DNA from: a virus
Reading direction: 5' to 3' (one strand)
IMG/VR virus record: IMGVR_UViG_3300034524_000011
Location: 11,938 to 75,937 of that record
Length of the DNA: 64,000 bases
A program made the position numbers and the translations under genes. Numbering within the stretch: the stretch's first letter is position 1; each line of letters opens with the position of its first letter. A model generated the notes under the pieces. The model made no database searches, was not told where the DNA came from, and saw only the letters and a program-made list of their open reading frames with translations. This document shows positions 18,127 to 26,601 of this stretch, one piece after another.

Positions 18127-19245
18127 ATGAACCTTAAAACTTTATTCTTAACTCAAAACAACTGCTATAAAGCAGGCAAAAGGCACACGGTAAAGGGAAT
18201 CATGGTTCACAGTACCGGTGCCAACAATCCGTGGCTGAAGAGATACGTCGGCCCGGATGATGGACTGCTGGGTCCAAACCCGAACAACAACCACTGGAAC
18301 ACACCGACACCAGGAGGCCGTAGCGTCTGCGTCCACGCTTTCATCGGGAAGCTGCAGGACGGCAGCATAGCAACATATCAGACCCTGCCCTGGGATATGG
18401 TAGGATGGCACAGCGGATCCGGTTCCCTTGGAAGCGCAAATAACGCCAACAACAACGGATATATAGGCTTCGAGATCTGCGAGGACGACCTCACAGATCC
18501 GGTATATTTCAACCAAGTATACCAGGAAGCCGTGGAGCTTTGCGCGTATCTTTGCAAGATGTTTAATATTAAGCCTGAAAAGCCATGGCTTATATGCCAT
18601 AGCGAAGGACACCAGCTCGGAATAGCCAGCAACCATTCTGACGTTATGCACTGGTTCCCACGCCATGGCAAGAGCATGGACACTTTCAGAGCAGATGTGG
18701 CCAAGAAACTGGCTGAAGGATCCACGGGACAAGCTGCCGGCCATCCCATCATGGGAAAGGCAACAGCACCGGCACCACAGCCACAGCCAGGCGTTATGTA
18801 TTATGTCCAGACAGGAGCTTATTCAAACAAGGCAAATGCAGACGCCCAGTATTACAAAGTGAAGGCAGCCGGCTTTGACGCCATAATCAAAAAATCCGGG
18901 AACCTTTACAGGGTACAGGTCGGAGCATTCTCCAAGAAGGCAAATGCTAACGCATTCGCGGCCAAGGTTAAGGCTGCAGGTTTTGACACCTATATAACGA
19001 CCGCCGGCGGCACCCAGGTAGCAGCAGGGCCAGCAACACCGGCTCCAGCACCAAAGCAAACCATCAAGGTAGGCAGCAAGGTCAAGGTAAAAAACGGAGC
19101 CAAGACATACACAGGAGGAAGCCTGGCCAGCTTCGTTTATAACACCGTTTATGACGTGCTGCAGATAAACGGAAACAGAGTGGTAATAGGCCTTAAAGGT
19201 CAAGTCACAGCAGCCGTAAGGCTTGAAGACTTGATACTTCAATAA
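18127..19245 (+). CDS. Endolysin: Amidase_2 domain, two SPOR repeats, C-terminal SH3-like domain
   Basis: IMVHSTG, GWHSG, IGFEICE, CHSEG; YYVQTGAYS and YRVQVGAFS repeats. Confidence 0.92.
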   Translation: MNLKTLFLTQNNCYKAGKRHTVKGIMVHSTGANNPWLKRYVGPDDGLLGPNPNNNHWNTPTPGGRSVCVHAFIGKLQDGSIATYQTLPWDMVGWHSGSGSLGSANNANNNGYIGFEICEDDLTDPVYFNQVYQEAVELCAYLCKMFNIKPEKPWLICHSEGHQLGIASNHSDVMHWFPRHGKSMDTFRADVAKKLAEGSTGQAAGHPIMGKATAPAPQPQPGVMYYVQTGAYSNKANADAQYYKVKAAGFDAIIKKSGNLYRVQVGAFSKKANANAFAAKVKAAGFDTYITTAGGTQVAAGPATPAPAPKQTIKVGSKVKVKNGAKTYTGGSLASFVYNTVYDVLQINGNRVVIGLKGQVTAAVRLEDLILQ

Positions 19246-19260
19246 AGAGGAGGAGTTTCA

Positions 19261-19686
19261 ATGAAGGAAATATTAACAACCCTTGTCCAGGTCGTCATTA
19301 TTCCGGCCATACCTGTAGTGGCCACCTACCTGGTGAAATACCTGAAGGCCAAAGCAGATCAGACCACGACAAAGATCAACAACGAGCTCGTCAGGACATA
19401 TCTCCAGGAAGCAACAGACGCGGTACTTCAGGCCGTCACTTATACGGCCCAGACCTATGTCGACACCCTGAAAAAGCAGGGCAAATTTGATAAGGAAGCG
19501 CAGCAGAAGGCATTTAATACAGCAAAGGATATAGCCTTAAAATTGCTCACGGACGAGGCCAAACAGATGATAGAGGACCTATACGGAGATTTAATGCTAT
19601 GGCTTGAGACCAAGATCGAGCAGACAGTCAAAGAACAGAAGACCTTCACCATGGGGGTGCTGGAGCCAATCCCAACAGAGGAATAA
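19261..19686 (+). CDS. Holin (LL-H-like)
   Basis: N-terminal TM; AVTYTAQTYVD...KIEQTV; follows the endolysin. Confidence 0.7.
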   Translation: MKEILTTLVQVVIIPAIPVVATYLVKYLKAKADQTTTKINNELVRTYLQEATDAVLQAVTYTAQTYVDTLKKQGKFDKEAQQKAFNTAKDIALKLLTDEAKQMIEDLYGDLMLWLETKIEQTVKEQKTFTMGVLEPIPTEE

Positions 19687-19693
19687 CACGGAC

Positions 19694-19734
19694 AAGGACC
19701 GCCGGGTATTTATTATATCCGGTGGTCTTTTTTT
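19694..19734 (+). terminator. Intrinsic terminator ending the late operon
   Basis: gaccgccgg...ccggtggtc stem followed by T7. Confidence 0.8.
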
Positions 19735-19735
19735 A

Positions 19736-19782
19736 TTGACTATTAACCAACGGCGGTTTATAATGTTCTCAAATAATGAGAA
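19736..19782 (+). promoter_or_regulatory. SigA promoter with overlapping repressor-type operator
   Basis: TTGACT(19736)-17 bp-TATAAT(19759); TTCTC-N7-GAGAA at 19766-19782. Confidence 0.85.
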
Positions 19783-19796
19783 TTGGAGTGGTGATA

Positions 19797-19946
19797 ATGA
19801 TAAAGAAAATTAAAACCTTTGATGTGAAGACAGAAGAACAGGAAAAGAGAATAGACCGCATGATGAAAAGGGAAGGCTTTAAGTTAACACACCGGAGCCA
19901 GAGCAAGTTCGGAATTTACCTCATTTACGAACCCCAAAACAAATAA
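19797..19946 (+). CDS. Small hypothetical protein (49 aa)
   Basis: GGAG RBS, first ORF after the promoter; not in the ORF track. Confidence 0.5.
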   Translation: MIKKIKTFDVKTEEQEKRIDRMMKREGFKLTHRSQSKFGIYLIYEPQNK

Positions 19947-19962
19947 CAAGGAGGCAGGATCC

Positions 19963-20226
19963 ATGACGAAACAAGAGTTCAAATCTCTCACAACCCGAGA
20001 ATTCACCGACAAGGAGTACGAAGCGATAGAAACCGTTTATACATTCCACCCGGCCATAAGCGAGACAGAAGGCAAGAAACAGATCGCCAGCCTTTATGAC
20101 ACCTTGAGCAGGCAAAATAAAACGAGGAGGAAAGAACATGGGATACAGGGACGAGTGGAACGGGACCAAGAAGGAACTTATAGGCCTGGTAGAGTTTTGC
20201 ATCGAAGACATCCGGAAAGAGCTTGA
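19963..20226 (+). CDS. Hypothetical protein (possibly truncated)
   Basis: RBS present; last 89 nt overlap the next gene. Confidence 0.45.
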   Translation: MTKQEFKSLTTREFTDKEYEAIETVYTFHPAISETEGKKQIASLYDTLSRQNKTRRKEHGIQGRVERDQEGTYRPGRVLHRRHPERA

Positions 20227-20464
20227 TATTAATATCAGCGATAGAGACATGCGGAAACTTTTCTGTGAAGCATTTGGCAGGAACATAGTGCAGGCCGAAT
20301 TAAGAGAGATGATAGCTTACATCCTCGATGAAGAGGAGAAGGACGAGAACGAACGGAAGTGCAGAGTTTGTGGATGCACCGAGGATAACGCCTGCGAAGG
20401 TGGCTGCTACTGGGTAGAAGAGGATCTGTGCAGCAAATGCGCAGAAAAGATGGAGGAGGATTAA
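20138..20464 (+). CDS. Hypothetical protein with C-terminal Cys-rich (Zn) motif
   Basis: CRVCGCTEDNACEGGCYWVEEDLCSKC. Confidence 0.7.
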   Translation: MGYRDEWNGTKKELIGLVEFCIEDIRKELDINISDRDMRKLFCEAFGRNIVQAELREMIAYILDEEEKDENERKCRVCGCTEDNACEGGCYWVEEDLCSKCAEKMEED

Positions 20465-20466
20465 CC

Positions 20467-20727
20467 ATGGGCAAACCTTACTACGAGCTGGACCAGGAGA
20501 CCCGACATATCATCCTGGAGCTCCAAAAGAAGTGCATTGAACTGAACCTGGGAAATGTCAGCTTTCATTACTACCCCACCAGGACGCAAATGGAGGAAAC
20601 AGAGTTTTATTTGACAGAGTACAAAGAATACTGGGAACTTGTCGTAAAGCAACGATGGGCAAAAACAGCCGACATCTACAGAATTAAAGACAGAAACATA
20701 ACCTATTGCTATTCAGAAAAGGATTGA
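20467..20727 (+). CDS. Hypothetical protein
   Basis: GGAGG RBS before ATG 20467. Confidence 0.65.
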   Translation: MGKPYYELDQETRHIILELQKKCIELNLGNVSFHYYPTRTQMEETEFYLTEYKEYWELVVKQRWAKTADIYRIKDRNITYCYSEKD

Positions 20728-20741
20728 AGGGAGGACCGGCC

Positions 20742-20894
20742 ATGACCAACGCAGCGGCAATCGGATATATGATAAAAGCGGCCAAACAGGCCAAGCTGGA
20801 CAAGAAAACCATTAAGCAGCTGGAAGCCTTAATGCTGGAAGAGATGGACTTTCACACCGAGGAGGAGGCAGAGCAGGAATATTACAATTTTTGA
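20742..20894 (+). CDS. Small hypothetical protein
   Basis: GGAGG RBS; MTNAAAIGYMI. Confidence 0.65.
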   Translation: MTNAAAIGYMIKAAKQAKLDKKTIKQLEALMLEEMDFHTEEEAEQEYYNF

Positions 20895-20906
20895 GGAGGA
20901 ATGAGA

Positions 20907-21839
20907 ATGAAGAATATAAGAGACAGAATCGCCGGCGCATTGTACGGCGTAGCAATAGGGGACGCATTAGGAGCTCCCCTGGAGTTCATGAGCAAGGAGG
21001 AGATTTCCAGGAAGCATGGCCGGGTAACAGAGATGATCGGAGGCGGCTGGCTGAACGTGATACCAGGAGAGATCACCGACGACACACAGATGACCCTGGC
21101 AGTAGCTGAAGGAATTATAGAGGACCCGGACAACCCGATTAAGGCCATCGGTAAAAGGTTTATCGAATGGGCCAGGAGCGGACCGAAGGACATCGGAGGA
21201 ACCTGCAGCATGAGTATCCGCTGGGCCATCTTCCTGGGCCAAAATGATGCGCCAGACGAAGAGAAATGGTTCGAGGCAAGTAAATATACCTCCAAAGCAA
21301 ACGGAGGCCGTAGCGGCGGAAATGGAGCGCTTATGCGCACGGTTTACCCAGGTCTTTATTACAAGGATTTGCTGATGGCGGTAGAGACGGCCGGAGCCAT
21401 AGCACAAATGACACACTGGGATAAAAAATCAACAGAGGCTTGTAATTTATACACGGAAATGATACACTTAATTATCGAATCGGTTAATAAGGAACAGGCC
21501 CTGCAGATTATAAGAGACGTGCTCCAGGGAAGCGAATACTGCCTGGAAACCAGGAAGCAGCTCAACCCCACCGGGTACGTCGTGGACAGTTTCAAATGTG
21601 CCTTGCACAGCATTGCAGTTTCGCCGACCTTTGAGGAAGCAATTACCGAAGCTGTCAACCTCGGAGGAGATGCAGATACCATTGCAGCAATTACCGGAGG
21701 ACTCGCGGGAGCCATCTATGGATATAATATGATACCGGAACGATGGATAAACACACTTGCACAAGCAATCAAGAATCGACTCGATAGGCTCGTAGACGCA
21801 GCGGTGAAAAATAGGGAGGATGTTAACAAAAATGGATAA
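20907..21839 (+). CDS. ADP-ribosylglycohydrolase (DraG/ARH family)
   Basis: GALYGVAIGDALG, TDDTQM, GNGALMR, GGDADT motifs. Confidence 0.93.
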   Translation: MKNIRDRIAGALYGVAIGDALGAPLEFMSKEEISRKHGRVTEMIGGGWLNVIPGEITDDTQMTLAVAEGIIEDPDNPIKAIGKRFIEWARSGPKDIGGTCSMSIRWAIFLGQNDAPDEEKWFEASKYTSKANGGRSGGNGALMRTVYPGLYYKDLLMAVETAGAIAQMTHWDKKSTEACNLYTEMIHLIIESVNKEQALQIIRDVLQGSEYCLETRKQLNPTGYVVDSFKCALHSIAVSPTFEEAITEAVNLGGDADTIAAITGGLAGAIYGYNMIPERWINTLAQAIKNRLDRLVDAAVKNREDVNKNG

Positions 21840-22287
21840 CATATATGTTGTATATAATGGTGTATATGAAGAACGTGAAGTAGTTTTGGTTACTACCTCA
21901 CAAGATATAGCGATTAGAAAATATTTACAAATGGATGAATCGCCATTTATAGAAATATGGCAAGACGGAAAGTTTATAACGGTATTTGGCGATATGAAGT
22001 CGGATAATACTATAAAGGATTACGAGTCAATTAGAGATGAAATAGAAAAAAGACTTAAAAGAGTGAATTTCATGGGTAAAATAGAAAAGATAGAAACTAA
22101 AGCCTACATAAGCGGAGTAGATACAGTAACCAATTTTGATGGCTATTCATATTTGGATATTTTATTGCCTTTTGATAAGGCAATAAGAATTTTTAAAATA
22201 GCGAATAACCAACAAGCTGTACCATTTAAAGTTACTTTTGAATTGGAAGATAATACAAACAGAGCCAACGGTAAAAGAGGGAGATAA
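21832..22287 (+). CDS. Hypothetical protein (AT-rich)
   Basis: ORF with RBS. Confidence 0.65.
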   Translation: MDNIYVVYNGVYEEREVVLVTTSQDIAIRKYLQMDESPFIEIWQDGKFITVFGDMKSDNTIKDYESIRDEIEKRLKRVNFMGKIEKIETKAYISGVDTVTNFDGYSYLDILLPFDKAIRIFKIANNQQAVPFKVTFELEDNTNRANGKRGR

Positions 22288-22291
22288 GAAA

Positions 22292-22747
22292 ATGGATAAA
22301 AATATTTATTTTCCAGATTGGTTAACGGCAAATATAATGATAAGATCATTTTTAAAACAGTTTGGAGTATATGCATGGAATTATGAGGATGAGCCAACAA
22401 GGCTAAATGTAACGTTCCTTCCGCCTGGAATTTTCTATACAGTCCCAGAGGAAGATAGAGAATTATTCGTAAGAATATACAACATTTTTTCAAATTGGGT
22501 TCAATCCAAAACTAATTTTAAATCAGCCATTGAAAAATATGTATATTCTCCAATGGTAGAAGATGTCAAAAAGAGAATTGAACATACAATTCAAAGCATT
22601 ATGTACAACTACGAAAAAAAGAGCGGAATTGAAATGAAAATATATCTTGCTGCATGCTTTGGAATAGAGCCAGCATTCATATTACCTAAAGAGTTATTAG
22701 AAGAACTGAACAGAGCAGCTGGCAGTATTCAAAGGGAGGTGAAGTAA
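22292..22747 (+). CDS. Hypothetical protein (AT-rich)
   Basis: ORF with RBS. Confidence 0.65.
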   Translation: MDKNIYFPDWLTANIMIRSFLKQFGVYAWNYEDEPTRLNVTFLPPGIFYTVPEEDRELFVRIYNIFSNWVQSKTNFKSAIEKYVYSPMVEDVKKRIEHTIQSIMYNYEKKSGIEMKIYLAACFGIEPAFILPKELLEELNRAAGSIQREVK

Positions 22748-23077
22748 ATGAGTGACACGAGTATGATTAAAAAGTGGCAATATTATGCCGTTCATGCAAA
22801 GAAGAAAAGAATCAGGAAGAAATACAGGAATAAACTTAACAATCACATGCTTAAGCTAATCGAGTTTATATCGGTTAAAAAGAAACTGGAAGAAAAAACA
22901 ACGGTTGACATCGATGTACAAGGCATGACGAGAGTAGATAAATTCAAGGTCAGGCTGCCAGACGGTAGGATAGTCACACACCCAGCCTTCATACGTGACG
23001 GGAAGGAGATAGACTGCATTTATATCGGATCTCCAGTTTATGGGGAAGAAATGATGGAAATGGTAAAACAACGGTAA
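22748..23077 (+). CDS. Hypothetical protein
   Basis: GGAGGTG RBS. Confidence 0.65.
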   Translation: MSDTSMIKKWQYYAVHAKKKRIRKKYRNKLNNHMLKLIEFISVKKKLEEKTTVDIDVQGMTRVDKFKVRLPDGRIVTHPAFIRDGKEIDCIYIGSPVYGEEMMEMVKQR

Positions 23078-23179
23078 AAAGAAGGCGCCATGCCAGGTGG
23101 AATTCCCATAACTACCAAAAGAAATTTTAATTAAACTGTAAAGCCTTACCAAAGCAGAAAGAGGAGGAATTGAACTAAA

Positions 23180-23473
23180 ATGGCAGCATACGGTAGGCCA
23201 CTAAAAGGAAAAACAAGGCGCGTACCAATTACCGTACACGTATTAATAGGTATGCTTGATATTATAGATGAGTATGTCAATGAAAGATACCAACAGCAAA
23301 AAGGATATTCACGTTCTGATTTTTATAATGAGGCGGCCAAATTTTACCTTGAACATTTGGGAAGATTGCCAGAAAGAAATGATGAGCGTACCAAAATCGT
23401 ACCAAAAAAAATTGAAGAGAGAAATAAATATGATAATAAAGATAATATTAATAATATAAATGAGCAAAAATAA
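23180..23473 (+). CDS. Ribbon-helix-helix (CopG-like) DNA-binding protein
   Basis: GRP...ITVHV...IDEYV...SRSDFYNEA pattern. Confidence 0.65.
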   Translation: MAAYGRPLKGKTRRVPITVHVLIGMLDIIDEYVNERYQQQKGYSRSDFYNEAAKFYLEHLGRLPERNDERTKIVPKKIEERNKYDNKDNINNINEQK

Positions 23474-23499
23474 GGTGAAATAGCATAAAAAACTTTTCT

Positions 23500-23517
23500 A
23501 CAATCGAGTGGGAATAA
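23500..23517 (+). other. att core = duplicated 3' end of guaA (ACA ATC GAG TGG GAA TAA = TIEWE*)
   Basis: GuaA ends KPPxTIEWE; site lies just downstream of int between the arm repeats. Confidence 0.8.
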
Positions 23518-23524
23518 CAGCAAA

Positions 23525-23570
23525 AAATCCGGAAACCAGCATGAAACCTGGTATTCCGGATTTAATTTTT
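23525..23570. terminator. Hairpin after att core (likely replacement guaA terminator and int terminator)
   Basis: aaatccggaa-accag...ctggt-a-ttccggattt with A/T runs on both sides. Confidence 0.65.
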
Positions 23571-23619
23571 ATGAAATCGTACCAAAAGCGTACCACTTTT
23601 AATTTTTTGACCCTTTTTT

Positions 23620-24771
23620 CTAATTTTTTGAGATTTCTTTTTCTACTTTTTCGAGATCCAAAACGACTGCAGAAGGACTTTCATTTTTGATGGTAGCATG
23701 CCGATTTAGATCAGCAGCAACCTGCTCCATCTTGTTTGGATACAGATGTGCATAGGTAGACATGGCCACCTCGACAGTATCGCCCAGGCGCTCGGCCACA
23801 GCCACGATGGAATAACCCAGCTCAACCAGCAAGGCAGCATGAGAATGACGGAGATCATGAACGCGGATCCGTTTCACGCCGGCAGCCTTGGCCGCCTCAT
23901 TGAGAGCACGCCCCAGAGTTCCCTTCTGGAAGTAGAATATACGGTCGTGCTCGTCGATATCATACAGAGCATTGATATACCGCATGACCTCATCATAGAG
24001 GAAATCAGGCATTGAGACATCCCGGTAACTGTTGTCGGTTTTAGGAGGCCCGTTCTTATCCTGGCCTTTGCGCCGGTGGTGAGTTTTTTCAATGCGGGCA
24101 ATCTTTGAGGGAAGGATATCGGCAGGCTGCAGAGCGAGGCACTCGCCTTCACGGAGGCCCAGCCAGTACATGAGCATAAAGGCAACACGGAAGCTCCAGT
24201 TTGTGACGTAAGCCATGGCCTGGTTAAATTCAGACAAGGTCCAGAATTTCATCTTCCCGGCCTTCTTTTTACCCATGAAGCCGGCAGGATGGCACGGATT
24301 AGACTTCAGGTTATAGAACTTAACCGCATAATTGAAAATGGCCGACAGCCGGCTATTTAACGACCGGATATAGGTTTCAGAATACTTTTTACCGGTCCGA
24401 GGATTTATGGCAGACATGACGGTGTTCTGCCAGTTCCGGATCGTCACGGCGTCAATTTCATTCACCGGGAGCTCACCAAAGTAAGGGAGCAGCCACTTGT
24501 CGATGATGGAATCCTGCGTGCCCTGCGTACCTTCCCGGACACGATGCTCGGCGTCGGCCCGGTACAATTCCACCAGGGAGGCAAACGACATTTCACAGTT
24601 CCGGCTATTCTTCAGGAGAAACTCACGCTCGAATGCCTGGGCATCCGACTTTTTATCGAACCCTTCTTTTTTCTTTTTTCGCCTCTTGCCGGTCCAATCA
24701 GTATACCAGAAGGCGGCGTACCATTTTTTAGCTCCACTTTTAGTTTCGTACTTATAGACAGGCAATCGCAT
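23620..24771 (-). CDS. int: Tyrosine integrase (true start may be TTG 24765)
   Basis: Arm-binding N-terminus; GLREGE (R), HDLRH, RLGD, TYAH (Y). Confidence 0.96.
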   Translation of the reverse strand: MRLPVYKYETKSGAKKWYAAFWYTDWTGKRRKKKKEGFDKKSDAQAFEREFLLKNSRNCEMSFASLVELYRADAEHRVREGTQGTQDSIIDKWLLPYFGELPVNEIDAVTIRNWQNTVMSAINPRTGKKYSETYIRSLNSRLSAIFNYAVKFYNLKSNPCHPAGFMGKKKAGKMKFWTLSEFNQAMAYVTNWSFRVAFMLMYWLGLREGECLALQPADILPSKIARIEKTHHRRKGQDKNGPPKTDNSYRDVSMPDFLYDEVMRYINALYDIDEHDRIFYFQKGTLGRALNEAAKAAGVKRIRVHDLRHSHAALLVELGYSIVAVAERLGDTVEVAMSTYAHLYPNKMEQVAADLNRHATIKNESPSAVVLDLEKVEKEISKN

Positions 24772-24830
24772 ACCCCCTTTTACAAAAGCCCCGGCCAGGA
24801 AGCAGGCCAGGGTTTAATTTTTCCCGAAGT

Positions 24831-25175
24831 TTATTCAGCTGCAGAGCCAGCCAGGACGTTATTAAAAGCAATTTCCCACTCAAGATATTTAGTAACCGCA
24901 AACTTGTACACTTCGCCGGCCTTCGTTTCAATCACAAGGACGTTATTGCTGAAGCCATGCTTCCCACGAGAGACACCTTTTATATCTTCCAAAGGGATCT
25001 CGAATTCATAATCGCCCTGCGTAAGGTTAACCAGGGCCCCGATGGCAATAATCTTTGAGAGTTTATGTCGGGAATAAATAAACCGACGGTTTGTCAGGAT
25101 CCCGCGCCCGTTTTGCACGTTAAAAGCGCCTTTTACCCTATTAGCAAGGCCTTCCATGATGATTTTTTCCTGCAT
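24831..25175 (-). CDS. PH-like (GRAM/bPH) domain protein in the lysogeny operon
   Basis: GILTNRRFIY...EIPLEDIKGV...LVIETKAGEVYKF pattern. Confidence 0.65.
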   Translation of the reverse strand: MQEKIIMEGLANRVKGAFNVQNGRGILTNRRFIYSRHKLSKIIAIGALVNLTQGDYEFEIPLEDIKGVSRGKHGFSNNVLVIETKAGEVYKFAVTKYLEWEIAFNNVLAGSAAE

Positions 25176-25186
25176 TTCACCACCCC

Positions 25187-25768
25187 CTAAAGATCAGGAA
25201 ACAATTCCTTCAAATACTCATAGTTTGCAGGAGACAGAGCCCGTGAAGTCAGAACACCCTGGAGCCAGAGCTCCATCCGGTTCTTGCGGCCACGCTCCGT
25301 TTTTAGCTGCGAAGCCTCTTCCCACGCGTGATCATAGGCACGCTTAAGGGCAGCATTAAATATCTGATCACGACGAGATCTGATATCCCGCAGCTGCGCT
25401 TTAAAATCATTTTGAGCCAGGCCGGCCAAAGCAAGATCAGCGTCCGAGGCCGACGCCAGCTGCTCCAGGAAATATTCCGCAGCAAAGAAACATGTAATAA
25501 ACTGCTGAAAAACGAGAGAGGAACTCGCAGCATTAGAGAACTTCACAAAGGCTTCATAAACCCTTACAAGCCGGTGTTCCAGGAAGGATTCGTCCACCCA
25601 GGCAACAGCACACCGGCAACCATCATGTAGCGGAGGCTCCAGGACAGAATGCCCCGCAATTTCAAAAACCTCATCAATCCTCACGGCCGTGCCTTCCAGT
25701 TTAGCACAAAGCGAACAGGTGCAATCGTCGGCCGATGAAGACCACACCTTAAACATACCCATGACCAC
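25187..25768 (-). CDS. Protein with N-terminal MuF-like Cys/His motif and helical C-terminus
   Basis: KVWSSSADDCTCSLC...PPLHDGCRC; RBS GGAGGGTG. Confidence 0.75.
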   Translation of the reverse strand: MVMGMFKVWSSSADDCTCSLCAKLEGTAVRIDEVFEIAGHSVLEPPLHDGCRCAVAWVDESFLEHRLVRVYEAFVKFSNAASSSLVFQQFITCFFAAEYFLEQLASASDADLALAGLAQNDFKAQLRDIRSRRDQIFNAALKRAYDHAWEEASQLKTERGRKNRMELWLQGVLTSRALSPANYEYLKELFPDL

Positions 25769-25813
25769 CCTCCTCTCAATCCCAGAAGATAAAGTACCGC
25801 CGTAATTCGCGCT

Positions 25814-26230
25814 TTAAGCTTTCTCTTTGAAATCAACAACAGGCTCGGAGGACTTGATCTCTTCGAGCGTTTTCAACATGTCAATATATTCTGCGGCCTT
25901 CTCCTTTGCTTCAGGGGAAAGACTTTCAATTTTTTTAATAAGTTCTTTGTCGCCAGACGAAATCGCCTCGGCCATCTTCGGCTTTGACTTCGACGTACCA
26001 CATTTTGAGGATCTGGCTCGACCCATTTCATCGGATAGTCCCAGGATGAAATCGGCGGAGACGTCATAAAGCTCGATAAGAGCCCTAAGCGTTTCAGGGT
26101 CGGGTGTGGTTGCGTTATTCTCGTAGCGAGAAAGGGACTTATTGCTCAAGTTAATCGCCTTGTAGACATCAAGCTGAGTGAGACCTGCCCGTTCTCGAGC
26201 CATACGAAGACGTTCTCCAAAAGTGAGCAT
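25814..26230 (-). CDS. XRE-family prophage repressor (CI-like)
   Basis: FGERLRMARERAGLTQ...LSRYENN...P HTH; divergent from cro. Confidence 0.9.
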   Translation of the reverse strand: MLTFGERLRMARERAGLTQLDVYKAINLSNKSLSRYENNATTPDPETLRALIELYDVSADFILGLSDEMGRARSSKCGTSKSKPKMAEAISSGDKELIKKIESLSPEAKEKAAEYIDMLKTLEEIKSSEPVVDFKEKA

Positions 26231-26601
26231 AGAGACACCTCCATTCTAACATTATATAACATTCGCAGGTTTTGAGAAAAATATTCTCAAAAATTTAGAA
26301 ATAACTATTGACTTCTCGGAAAACGAGACTTAAAATAGGATTAGAATTCTCAATAATTGAGTATACGAAAGGAGGGCACTAAAGTGAAGCCAATGCATCA
26401 GAGACTCCGAGAATATCGGGAGAGCAAAGGCGTGACCCAAACACACATAGCCAAGAAAACTGGCAAATCCGTTCAAAGGATAAGCGCGCTGGAAATAGGC
26501 GCAATCCGGCTGACGGTCGACGAATTCGAGGAGCTTTGTGTGAATGGCTACGAAGTCAACCCTGCAATTTTTTTTACGGATCAGTTCTCTAAAAATGAGA
26601 A
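26213..26601. promoter_or_regulatory. Immunity region: rightward promoter TTGACT(26308)-17-TAAAAT(26331) and six TTCTC-N7-GAGAA-like operators
   Basis: Sites at 26213, 26262, 26284, 26313, 26347, 26585. Confidence 0.8.

Larger units (their letters stand above)
1..23517 (+). mobile_element. Prophage A, right part (tail, baseplate, DGR, lysis, accessory genes); left end lies upstream of the window
   Basis: Contiguous + strand morphogenesis, lysis and accessory genes ending at the att core at 23500-23517. Confidence 0.9.
23387..23596 (+). repeat. Integrase arm-type sites: two tandem pairs of CGTACCA(AAA) flanking the core
   Basis: Copies at 23387, 23398, 23578, 23589. Confidence 0.75.

Noticed and set aside
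1-19686. PBSX-like defective particle or tailocin
   Set aside because: The homologous tail module in B is linked to complete head, packaging, replication and integration genes.
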